DNA of 64,000 nucleotides from a virus. Under the pieces are notes generated by a model, which searched no databases, had not been told where the DNA came from, and saw nothing but the letters and a program-made list of their open reading frames with translations. The translations under genes were made by a program, and so were the position numbers. Positions 1 to 8,104 of the stretch are shown piece after piece. Within the stretch, counting starts at the first letter, position 1. Each line of letters starts with the position of its first letter. Where the stretch lies: the IMG/VR virus record IMGVR_UViG_3300049027_000072, positions 1-64,000 of that record. One strand, 5' to 3'.

Positions 1-1506
1 GAATACAACGTGCTGCGTGCGCCGGGCAAGTACCGGATGACGATCGGCTCAAGCAACACGCTTTCCAGCCTCTACAACACCTGGCTGCAGGTGGAGAACG
101 CCACGTGGGGCGACGGGCTCGCATGGAACCAGGGCGACCCGATTCTTGGTAACCCGCCGACGAGCGGCTACCTGACGACCGGGTTCGCGGACGGCAACTG
201 GGCTCACGTGCTGGGCGCACTGTCGTTCGCGGTGGACCACGGAGCTACCGGCGCACAGGCCGCCTACGACAGGCTAACCTCGGCCAGCAACTGGGCCACG
301 AACGCCGCGTACTTGCACGACACACCGGAGTACGCGGTCGTGCCGCGCGTGCCGGCGTGGTACGGCTTGCAGACCACCAACACATGGAAGAACCTCGGGG
401 CATCCTGGCTGTCTGGCATCGGGCCAAGCCTGCCAGGCACGACCCTCGCCAACGGACAGACGCAGGTGGAGCCGAACGTCGGGGTGTTCAGCTACTCCGG
501 CGGCGCGCTGAACAACAAGTCGTTCTACGACAGGACCGGCTTGCGCCTGTACGGAGCCGCGATGTTCGTGTGGGGCGGCGGGCACCAAGCCTACGGCGGC
601 AACGAGATGGATGGGTTCCGGCTGTACGACCAGACGTGGTACCGGTCCAGGGCTGCCTACCCCACGCCGCTCAAGAGCACGAACGAGAATCCAGACGGTA
701 CGCCAGTCAGCCGGCACACCTATTCAGCGTTCTGCTGGATCGCATCGAAGAACTGGTTCTTCTCGCCGGTGACAGGTGCCAGGTACGCCGACGCGGGGGA
801 GGGCAGCCACTACAGCCATAGGTTCGACTGCACATACTCTGCGCCCAATAGCACCGGCCCTGGTCCGTGGACGCGAAACCCTGACCTGCCGGACCTTGGT
901 ATGTCGGGTGGAGGCATCTACTTCTTCGGGATGCTCGCGTGCTACGACTCGGACAACGACCGCGTCGTGTGCTTCCAGCCCGGTCCGCACAGGGCCGTCT
1001 ACTACAACCCGAACAACACCGCGGCGCCGTGGACGGTGCGCGGCATTGACCCTGGCACGTACTCCTACACCGACCGCGGTTCGATCGTGCACATCCCAGG
1101 CAAAAACTGGTGCGTGTTCCACCTGCCGCCGACCGGAAGCGACAAGAGCGGCCTGCTGGTAGTGGACATGAACTCGGACAACCCGGTGAACGTGATCCAG
1201 ATGGTCACGTCCGGCAGCCCGCCCAGCGCCAGCACTGCGCAGGGCTTGGCATGGGACTCGCGCAACGGCCGCGTGGTGGCTTGCGACAAGAACGGGAATC
1301 TGCGCGCCGCACAGCCGCCGGCCACCGTGGGTGGCACCTGGAACTGGATAGCCCTGACCAACACGGGGGGCGATACGCCTGACAGCCAGGCGTGGTCCGG
1401 CGAGGGCGTCTGGGGCCGCTTCGGCTACGTCAACGATGGTGCGCTACATGGCTACGTCCTGGTGGCCGGGCCGAACACCAGACCCTGCTTCTACAAGCTC
1501 GGCTAA
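1..1506 (+). CDS. Structural-region protein, 5' partial at the window edge; possible beta-propeller (Kelch-like) glycan-binding protein
   Basis: Frame 1 is open from nt 1, with no stop before the listed Met at 10, and ends TAA 1504-1506. A hairpin terminator follows. Recurrent GG...W/Y strand-like segments suggest a propeller, but this is unverified. Confidence 0.55.
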   Translation, partial: EYNVLRAPGKYRMTIGSSNTLSSLYNTWLQVENATWGDGLAWNQGDPILGNPPTSGYLTTGFADGNWAHVLGALSFAVDHGATGAQAAYDRLTSASNWATNAAYLHDTPEYAVVPRVPAWYGLQTTNTWKNLGASWLSGIGPSLPGTTLANGQTQVEPNVGVFSYSGGALNNKSFYDRTGLRLYGAAMFVWGGGHQAYGGNEMDGFRLYDQTWYRSRAAYPTPLKSTNENPDGTPVSRHTYSAFCWIASKNWFFSPVTGARYADAGEGSHYSHRFDCTYSAPNSTGPGPWTRNPDLPDLGMSGGGIYFFGMLACYDSDNDRVVCFQPGPHRAVYYNPNNTAAPWTVRGIDPGTYSYTDRGSIVHIPGKNWCVFHLPPTGSDKSGLLVVDMNSDNPVNVIQMVTSGSPPSASTAQGLAWDSRNGRVVACDKNGNLRAAQPPATVGGTWNWIALTNTGGDTPDSQAWSGEGVWGRFGYVNDGALHGYVLVAGPNTRPCFYKLG

Positions 1507-1530
1507 CAGCCGCGCGAACACACCACACCA

Positions 1531-1566
1531 AAGCCGCCTTCGGGCGGCTTTTCCATTCCTGAAGGG
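1531..1566 (+). terminator. Intrinsic terminator plus conserved RBS cassette (copy 1)
   Basis: AAGCCGCC-TTCG-GGCGGCTT stem-loop (1531-1550), then TTTTCCATTCCTGAAGGG, then the TTG start at 1573. Confidence 0.75.
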
Positions 1567-1572
1567 TACGGA

Positions 1573-2337
1573 TTGGCATACACCCTCAAGACCACTGGTA
1601 TCGCGACCAAGCTGATTGCCTGCGTCGCGGTCGACGAGGACGGCACCACCGTCAAAGACTTCGTCAGCGGTAACTCCATTACCCACAACGCGTCGATCGC
1701 CGCGCCGAGAACCGGCACGTCGGCGTGGAAGGGAACGACGCGCGGCACATTCAAGACCGACTACGGCGCGGACGTGTTCTCGCCGCGCGGCGTGCTGTGG
1801 AACGCCACGCAGCCAAGCATCCCCATTGGCAACGGCGGGAACGGGATCAGCTTCTTCGTCGCGGTCGCTTCGCTGACCGATTCCAGCAACCAGTACCTGT
1901 GGCAGCTGTCCACCGATGTGAACAACTGCGTGAAGTTCGACGGCACGAACCACCCGGTCATGCGCACCGGCGCCACGGACCAAGGTGCCGCGACCACCGC
2001 ATGGTCCACCGGGACGAAGTTCAGCTTCGGCCTCAACTGCAAATACAACACGTCGGGGAACCCGTTCTATTACGGGCTGGAGTCCGGCTCGCTCGCTGCC
2101 GACGGGACCTTCAACGAAGGTGGCTTCGGTGGCACCGGTCCGCTGAACCTGTTCGGCGGGGCGTCCGGTAACGGCTCATGCCGCGGCAGCTACCACATCG
2201 CCTGCTTCTTCTCGGACTCGACGCTGCTGACGCTGAGCGAGTTCCAGAGCCTGCATAACGACTGGTTCGGCACGCTGTTCGAAGCGCCCGCGGCGACGCA
2301 GAACGCGGCCGCGATGCTCAGCGGCGTGGGCCGCTGA
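1573..2337 (+). CDS. LamG/concanavalin-like lectin-fold protein (putative)
   Basis: 254 aa with a TTG start 7 nt after the GAAGGG motif. The C-terminal ...CRGSYHIACFFSDSTLLTLSEFQSLHNDW resembles the terminal strand/helix of Laminin-G_3 domains. Confidence 0.55.
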   Translation: MAYTLKTTGIATKLIACVAVDEDGTTVKDFVSGNSITHNASIAAPRTGTSAWKGTTRGTFKTDYGADVFSPRGVLWNATQPSIPIGNGGNGISFFVAVASLTDSSNQYLWQLSTDVNNCVKFDGTNHPVMRTGATDQGAATTAWSTGTKFSFGLNCKYNTSGNPFYYGLESGSLAADGTFNEGGFGGTGPLNLFGGASGNGSCRGSYHIACFFSDSTLLTLSEFQSLHNDWFGTLFEAPAATQNAAAMLSGVGR

Positions 2338-2364
2338 CGAGACACCTGAGGAGACCCTCACACC

Positions 2365-2832
2365 ATGGCAGATAACTTCGTGGCCAACGCCGGGGCCGGC
2401 GGGTCCACCTTCGCGTCCGACGACGTCAGCGGCGTGCACCACGCGAGGGCCAAACGGTCCTTCGGGCGCGACGGCTCGGCGGCCGACGTCGGCACGCTGT
2501 CCGCGCGGATCGGTTCCAACGGGACGACCTCGGTGCCTATCGTGGTCAAGTCGTCGGCTGGCACGCTGTTCCTTGTGGTGGCTACCAACTCCAACGCAGC
2601 TGTGGCCTATCTCAAGCTGTACGACAAGGCGACGACGCCAACGTCATCCGACACCCCGGTGGCCGTCATCCCGGTTCCAGGCGCAACGTCTGGCGCTGCC
2701 GTTGTCCTGCCGTTTCCCGGCGGCGTCTCCTTCGCTTCCGGCATTGGCATGCGGTGCTCCCTTGGTGCAGCCGACAACGACGACACGGCGCCGGCAAACC
2801 TCGCCACGTGGTTCTCCCTCGTTTACGTCTGA
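2365..2832 (+). CDS. Unknown virion-region protein, paralog A of a tandem pair
   Basis: 155 aa beginning MADNFVANAGAGGSTFASDDVSGV...; clearly homologous along its full length to the next ORF. Confidence 0.7.
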   Translation: MADNFVANAGAGGSTFASDDVSGVHHARAKRSFGRDGSAADVGTLSARIGSNGTTSVPIVVKSSAGTLFLVVATNSNAAVAYLKLYDKATTPTSSDTPVAVIPVPGATSGAAVVLPFPGGVSFASGIGMRCSLGAADNDDTAPANLATWFSLVYV

Positions 2833-2850
2833 GAGCGCTTAGGACAAGCA

Positions 2851-3315
2851 ATGGCTGACAACTTCACCACCAACGCCGGCTCCGGCGGCAACACCTTCGC
2901 GTCAGACGACGTGAGCAGCGTGCAGTACCCGCGCGTGAAGCGCTCGCTCGGCCGCGACGGCCAAGCGGCTGACTGCGGCACGCTGTACAGGTTCGCCAGC
3001 GCGGCCAGCACGAACACCACCAACGTCAAGGCCTCGGCTGGCGCGCTGTACCTGATCACAGCGGTGAACCTTAACGCAGCGGTGCGTTACCTCAAGCTCT
3101 ACAACAAGGCCAGCGCGCCGACGCTGGCCAGCGACACGCCGGTCATGACTCTGCCCATCCCCGGCAACACGGCGGGCGCCGGCTTCGTCATTCCCATCGA
3201 GTGCGGGGCGGACTTCTCCACCGGCATCTCATTCGCGATCACCACCGGCGCAGCAGACAACGATACTGGCGCTATTGGCGCCAACGAGGTCTTCTTGACC
3301 CTGTCGTACGTCTGA
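2851..3315 (+). CDS. Unknown virion-region protein, paralog B of a tandem pair
   Basis: 154 aa beginning MADNFTTNAGSGGNTFASDDVSSV..., with the shared motifs AAV.YLKLY.KA..PT...DTPV and the terminal YV. Confidence 0.7.
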   Translation: MADNFTTNAGSGGNTFASDDVSSVQYPRVKRSLGRDGQAADCGTLYRFASAASTNTTNVKASAGALYLITAVNLNAAVRYLKLYNKASAPTLASDTPVMTLPIPGNTAGAGFVIPIECGADFSTGISFAITTGAADNDTGAIGANEVFLTLSYV

Positions 3316-3335
3316 CCGCAGAAGGGAACTGAGGC

Positions 3336-4463
3336 GTGTCCTACGCAGCGCCGTTTCCGCACATCGGCCTGAACCTTCAGGCCGCCAATGTGCTCGCCGC
3401 CGACGGCGGGACCATTTCCGTCTCTGGGCAGGCCGCGGCGCTCCGGTGGGGCCGCTTGCCGCTGCTTGCGGCGCAGGGGACGTACTCGCTGTCAGGCCAA
3501 GACGCGGCGCTGACGGTGAGCCAACGCGGCTCAAGTCGTTCCCCAGCGCCGTTCCCGCACTTCGGGCTGTTGCTTGGAACAACCCAGGCTGGGCAGACCG
3601 ACGGGGGTGCCTATTCGGTCACCGGTGTATCGGCCATCCTGCGCAAGGGGTACGCGCTATCAGCGACGCCGGGCAGCTACGTGGTTGTTGGGTCGGACGC
3701 CATCCGTGATTTCGAGATCCGGGCCGATGTCGGCGTCTACAACTCAGTGGGCTTCGCCGCGGCGGGCGTTTTCGGCCACAAGCTCACGGCTGGTGCCGGC
3801 GCCTACGCCGTCGCCGGTCAGGCAGCGATGCTACGCCGAGGGCCTGCTCCATTGGTTGCGGCCGGGGCGGCGTATGAGGCGGCGGGGCAGGTGGCAGGTG
3901 TCCGCGTCGGGCGCCGAGTCACGGCGGTTGCCGGCGCCATCGTGGTGACGGGGGTGGCGGCCAGCCTGCGCAGGGCTAAAGTATTGATCGCCGGTGCGGG
4001 CAGCTATGCCTACACCGGGAACGCGGCGAACCTCGTACAGCTGGGGCAGCAGGACTACGTCATTACCGCGCAGACTCAGAGCTACGCGGCCACTGGCTAT
4101 TCGACGGCGCTGAGGGCGACCCGTGCGCTGCGCGCCGACGCGGGGACCATTACTGTCGCAGGTCAGGTTGCTGGCCTGCTCGTGCCTCGCCGGCTGCAGG
4201 CCGACGGCGGGACCTACGCGCAGTCTGGCACCAGTACCCGCCTTTCCTACGGCCGCTTCGGGCGCTCAGACACGACCACGTACACGGTGACGGGTTTCCA
4301 GGCCGGGCTGTCTCGCTCCTCAGCAGTGCTCGCAGCGGCAAGCAGCGCGATCACCGTCACTGGCTTCGCGGCCGTCTTGCGGCGCGGATCGAGCGTCGAT
4401 CCGTCCGAGGACCGAACGATCTACCTGCCGCCCGAGGTCCGCAGCGTCTGGGTCAACCCCTGA
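3336..4463 (+). CDS. Tandem-repeat protein (about 13-14 copies of a 21-22-aa unit)
   Basis: 375 aa with a GTG start. The recurring unit is L.A..G.Y.V.G..A.L.RG, for example GTISVSGQAAALRWGRL, GAYAVAGQAAMLRRG and SAITVTGFAAVLRRG. The motif APFPH(I/F)GL occurs twice. Confidence 0.7.
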   Translation: MSYAAPFPHIGLNLQAANVLAADGGTISVSGQAAALRWGRLPLLAAQGTYSLSGQDAALTVSQRGSSRSPAPFPHFGLLLGTTQAGQTDGGAYSVTGVSAILRKGYALSATPGSYVVVGSDAIRDFEIRADVGVYNSVGFAAAGVFGHKLTAGAGAYAVAGQAAMLRRGPAPLVAAGAAYEAAGQVAGVRVGRRVTAVAGAIVVTGVAASLRRAKVLIAGAGSYAYTGNAANLVQLGQQDYVITAQTQSYAATGYSTALRATRALRADAGTITVAGQVAGLLVPRRLQADGGTYAQSGTSTRLSYGRFGRSDTTTYTVTGFQAGLSRSSAVLAAASSAITVTGFAAVLRRGSSVDPSEDRTIYLPPEVRSVWVNP

Positions 4464-4483
4464 CGAAGACCACCACCTGACAC

Positions 4484-4507
4484 AAGCCGCCTCCGGGCGG
4501 CTTTTTC
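4484..4507 (+). terminator. Intrinsic terminator (copy 2 of the AAGCCGCC stem)
   Basis: AAGCCGCC-TCCG-GGCGGCTT followed by a T run, 21 nt after the stop at 4463. Confidence 0.75.
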
Positions 4508-4527
4508 GTTTGACGCGAGGGGCAGCC

Positions 4528-4869
4528 ATGGCCACAGACGGGAACGCCATTACGACGTCCAGTACCGGACGCAAGAGCGCCATCAAGGACCCGAATTCGA
4601 CGCTCGACTACAGCTGGGATTGGCGTGACTGGCTGGCGCAGGTTGGCGATTCGATCGTCACGGCGACGTTCATCGTTACCGACCCAGAAGGCGCGACGAC
4701 GCCACTCGTGGTCGCGTCCAGCGTGCACTTCGATGGGATGGTGACGGCGTTCGTCTCTGGTGGCACGGTGGGCAAGACCCACAAGCTGACGTGTCGCATC
4801 ACGACCAACAGCACACCCACGCCGCGGACCGATGACCGCAGCCTCTACATCATCATCCGGGAGCGTTGA
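4528..4869 (+). CDS. Conserved structural-module protein of unknown function
   Basis: ATG at 4528 lies 7 nt after GAGG. The listed TTG at 4510 sits inside the terminator tail. 113 aa. Confidence 0.65.
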   Translation: MATDGNAITTSSTGRKSAIKDPNSTLDYSWDWRDWLAQVGDSIVTATFIVTDPEGATTPLVVASSVHFDGMVTAFVSGGTVGKTHKLTCRITTNSTPTPRTDDRSLYIIIRER

Positions 4870-4871
4870 AC

Positions 4872-5396
4872 ATGGCACTCGTGGTTGAAGATGGCTCTGG
4901 CAAGGCCACGGCAGAGAGCTACTGCTCTGTCTTCTTCGCCGACGACTACCACCTGGCGCGCGGGCGCGACGAATCTTGGGCGCAGCTGGACGACGACCTC
5001 AAAGAGCAGTACTTGCGCGCGGCCAGCGACTACATGCTCCAGGAATACCGCATGCGCTGGGCCGGGTATCGAAAGACGAGCACTCAGGCGCTCGACTGGC
5101 CCAGATATGCGGTGCCCATGCGCGACGCGCCGTCTGGCGCCTACTTCGCGTACTACGACAGCGACACCGTGCCGGATGAGGTGAAGCGCGCGTGCGCCGA
5201 GCTGGCCTTTCGCGCCAAGGACGGGACCCTGACCCAGGATCTCGGGGCGCAAGTCGAAAGCAAGACGGTAGGCCCGATCACGGTGAAGTACGCGCCGTGG
5301 GCGCGCGAGACGAAGGTGTACCAGGCCATCGAAGGCATGTTGCGGCCCATGTTCAAGGGCGCAGGGCAGTCGGCGGCGGTGGTGGTGCGGCGGTGA
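4872..5396 (+). CDS. Head-tail connector/adaptor (DnaT-like ssDNA-binding-fold family)
   Basis: ATG at 4872 with GGGAG upstream. Motifs are ...ESYCSV..AD.Y...R.....W......KE..L..AS.YM...Y..RW.G.......Q.L.WPR, typical of phage head-tail adaptors. Confidence 0.65.
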   Translation: MALVVEDGSGKATAESYCSVFFADDYHLARGRDESWAQLDDDLKEQYLRAASDYMLQEYRMRWAGYRKTSTQALDWPRYAVPMRDAPSGAYFAYYDSDTVPDEVKRACAELAFRAKDGTLTQDLGAQVESKTVGPITVKYAPWARETKVYQAIEGMLRPMFKGAGQSAAVVVRR

Positions 5397-5884
5397 AAGT
5401 CCGCCATTCAGAGCAGCCGGTGCCGCGCTGCTTCGCAGGCCACCCGGCAGGCAAGGGCCTTCTCGGGGAGTGCGACATCCGGCTATGCGGGGCAGGGCGC
5501 CTTCGCGCGAAGTTGCTCGTGTTCAACGGGCCTGTGGCGCTACGCCGCTTTTGGCGTGACGCGCTGGGCCGCAACGAGTTGGGCCGCCACACAGCTGGGG
5601 CCGTGTCAGCATTGTCATACGAGCGGATCAACGTAACGACCGGCGCGAGTGTCATGGTGGTCGATCCGCGCTACTTCTGCGTGATTGGTCTCACACGAGA
5701 CAACCTCAGCATGGAGGTGATCACCCATGAAGCGGTTCACGCTGGATTCGCGTATGCCAAGAGGGTCCAGAAGAACTTGTGGGCCGGCGCGGATGAGCTA
5801 GACGAGGAAAACGTCTGCTATCCGGCAGGGCGCATCGCGGCCGCGATCAACAGTTTCCTTCACGACCAAGGGCTCTACCGATGA
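5393..5884 (+). CDS. Small putative zinc metallopeptidase-like protein (HExxH)
   Basis: GTG at 5393 overlaps the previous stop (GTGA). 163 aa containing VITHEAVHAGFAY. Confidence 0.5.
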   Translation: MKVRHSEQPVPRCFAGHPAGKGLLGECDIRLCGAGRLRAKLLVFNGPVALRRFWRDALGRNELGRHTAGAVSALSYERINVTTGASVMVVDPRYFCVIGLTRDNLSMEVITHEAVHAGFAYAKRVQKNLWAGADELDEENVCYPAGRIAAAINSFLHDQGLYR

Positions 5885-6258
5885 GCTTCTATGCCGAGAT
5901 GGCTGCCACGGCGGCCGAGCTCATTGCCGAGTTCGGGGCCACGGGCGAGATCACTGAGCGTGCGACCGGTACCTACGACCCCGCAACGGGAAGGGCGCCG
6001 GTGGTCGAGACCGCCCACCAGGTCGTTATCGCGATCTTCGACATGCCGGAGCGGCGCATCGACGGAACCCGCATCCTCACCGGCGACAAGTCCATCCTGC
6101 TGTCCACCAAGAAGCCTGACGGCACGGCTCTGGCGATCACACCGAAGCCGGACATGAAGCTGACGGATGCCGCGGGGACGGTCTACACGGTCATCAACGT
6201 CAAGCCGCTGGCGCCAGCACTGACGGCCGTGCTCTGGGAACTGCAGGCGAGGAAGTGA
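5881..6258 (+). CDS. Head-tail joining / head-closure protein
   Basis: ATGA overlap with the previous gene, 125 aa, positioned between the adaptor and the gp10-like gene. Confidence 0.6.
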   Translation: MSFYAEMAATAAELIAEFGATGEITERATGTYDPATGRAPVVETAHQVVIAIFDMPERRIDGTRILTGDKSILLSTKKPDGTALAITPKPDMKLTDAAGTVYTVINVKPLAPALTAVLWELQARK

Positions 6259-6641
6259 TGACGGCGACCTGGAGCATCCCCATCGACCGGCTCGCCGAGA
6301 AGGCGAAGGCCGACATCGACACGGTGACGCGCAAGGTGACGTTGGACCTGTTCAGCGCCGTGGCGCGCCGCAGTCCGGTGGACACCGGGCGCTTCCGCGC
6401 CAACTGGAACGTGAGCCTGAGCAGCCCTGACACGACCGTCACCTTCAACACGAACCAGGGCCGAATCACCGCCGAAGTTGGCAAGGCCGCCTCTTTCCAG
6501 AGCGGCAGCGTCGTCTACATGGTCAATGCTCTCCCTTACGCGCGGCGCCTGGAATACGGATGGTCGAAGCAGGCGCCACAGGGCATGGTTCGCCTGACGG
6601 TCCAAGAGTTCAAGCAGTACGTGGAGCGCGCCGTCAAATGA
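6255..6641 (+). CDS. HK97 gp10-family tail-completion protein
   Basis: Motif RRSPVDTGRFRANW, ATGA overlap, 128 aa. Confidence 0.7.
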   Translation: MMTATWSIPIDRLAEKAKADIDTVTRKVTLDLFSAVARRSPVDTGRFRANWNVSLSSPDTTVTFNTNQGRITAEVGKAASFQSGSVVYMVNALPYARRLEYGWSKQAPQGMVRLTVQEFKQYVERAVK

Positions 6642-7051
6642 GCCACGCACTGATCCGCCAGGCGCTGGAGTCCACGCTCAGTGCCTGGGCTGATGCGCAG
6701 TCGCCGGCTATCCCCGTCTCGTGGCAGAACGTCCCATTCACCCCACCGACAGGGCGCTACCTCCAAGCCTTCGTGCTGCCCGCGCGCACGGTGAGCGAAA
6801 CGCTTGACGGCACTCATCGTCGATACACGGGCCTGTTTCAGGTGTCGATCGTCATGCCCATCGATGTCGGCCCCGGTGACGCGGAGGCCATCGTGGCGTC
6901 GCTCGACGCGCTCTACCCGCTGAGCACGCCCATCACTGTAGGCGCGCTGCGCGTCTACATGACCGAGCCCATGAGTCCTGCGCCCGCGCTGCAGCGGGCA
7001 GACCGATACGTGATCCCGGTGACCGGCGCCTACCGCTGCGACACCGTCTGA
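6638..7051 (+). CDS. Tail terminator-like protein (DUF4128-like)
   Basis: ATG at 6638 overlaps the stop at 6641. 137 aa, lying directly upstream of the major tail gene. Confidence 0.6.
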   Translation: MSHALIRQALESTLSAWADAQSPAIPVSWQNVPFTPPTGRYLQAFVLPARTVSETLDGTHRRYTGLFQVSIVMPIDVGPGDAEAIVASLDALYPLSTPITVGALRVYMTEPMSPAPALQRADRYVIPVTGAYRCDTV

Positions 7052-7085
7052 CCTTTCAAACCGCCCCGCCGGGGCCACAGCAACC

Positions 7086-7123
7086 AAGCCGCCTTCGGGC
7101 GGCTTTTTTCATTCCTGAAAGGG
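7086..7123 (+). terminator. Intrinsic terminator plus conserved RBS cassette (copy 3)
   Basis: AAGCCGCC-TTCG-GGCGGCTT (7086-7105), then TTTTTTCATTCCTGAAAGGG, then ATG at 7131. Confidence 0.8.
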
Positions 7124-7130
7124 CCCACAC

Positions 7131-7781
7131 ATGGCCGTCCAAATCCCCAACGGCGCCATCTGGTCCATCGCCTCCACGATGGGTGCGCAGAAGACGATGA
7201 GCGCCATCACGAACGCAACGCAAGGCGTCGCAACGCTGGAGGCGTCGCACGGCGTGATCGCAAACGACATCCTGGTCGTCACGTCGGGCTGGTCCAAGCT
7301 CAACGGTCGGGTGGTGCGCGCTGAGTCGGTGTCCACGAACGACGTCACCCTCGACGACATCAACACATCCAGCACCACGAACTTCCCAGCCGGGTCTGGC
7401 ACAGGGTCCGTGAAGGAGGTGACTGCGTGGACGCAGATCACGCAGGTGTTGGAGGCGAGCTCGTCAGGTGGTGATCAGCAGTTCGCCACCTACTCGTTCT
7501 TGGAAGACAACACCGAGCGGCAAATCCCGACGGTGCGCAGCCCGATCTCGATCGCGCTGACCGTCGCCGATGACCCGTCGCTCGCGCACTACACGGTGCT
7601 GGCGGCAGCCGACGATGACCGGCTGCCGCGTGCCCTGCGGCTGCAGCTGCCCGGCGGATCCATCATCTACTACAACGCCTACATCACCATGAACAAGACC
7701 CCGACCACGAACAAAAACGAGGTCATGGGCCTGCAGGTGACGTTCTCGTTGGTTGCCGAGCCGACGCGCTACGCCTCGTAA
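7131..7781 (+). CDS. Major tail (tube) protein
   Basis: 216 aa, positioned before the chaperone frameshift pair and the tape measure, with its own terminator/RBS cassette. Confidence 0.7.
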   Translation: MAVQIPNGAIWSIASTMGAQKTMSAITNATQGVATLEASHGVIANDILVVTSGWSKLNGRVVRAESVSTNDVTLDDINTSSTTNFPAGSGTGSVKEVTAWTQITQVLEASSSGGDQQFATYSFLEDNTERQIPTVRSPISIALTVADDPSLAHYTVLAAADDDRLPRALRLQLPGGSIIYYNAYITMNKTPTTNKNEVMGLQVTFSLVAEPTRYAS

Positions 7782-7783
7782 TC

Positions 7784-8104
7784 ATGGCGAAGATCACCAT
7801 CGCAGCGGCGCCGACCTTCAAGGCCACCGCCAAGATCCCAGCGCCCGAGGGCAAGACCTTGGCCATCGAGTTCGTCTTCAGGCATCGCACGAAGGAAGAG
7901 CTCGAGCGCTGGAGCACGGGCGACGAGGCCAAGAACCGCTCGGAGGTCGACACCATCCTCGGCATGGCCGAGGGCTGGACGAACGTCGAAGAGCCGTTCA
8001 ACGCCGAAGAGTTGACCAAGCTGTGCCAAAGCTTCCACGCGGCCGGCCGCACCATCGCGACCACCTACATGGAAGAGTTGATGCAGGCCCGATTGGGAAA
8101 CTGA
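7784..8104 (+). CDS. Tail assembly chaperone (G-like)
   Basis: 106 aa, ending at the slippery site immediately upstream of the tape measure gene. Confidence 0.8.
   Translation: MAKITIAAAPTFKATAKIPAPEGKTLAIEFVFRHRTKEELERWSTGDEAKNRSEVDTILGMAEGWTNVEEPFNAEELTKLCQSFHAAGRTIATTYMEELMQARLGN

Noticed and set aside
1-1506. The idea that the ORF open at nt 1 is the C-terminal continuation of the G8 ORF open at nt 64000.
   Set aside because: It cannot be shown from this window. Frames and the missing sequence are unknown, so the two are reported as separate partial genes.
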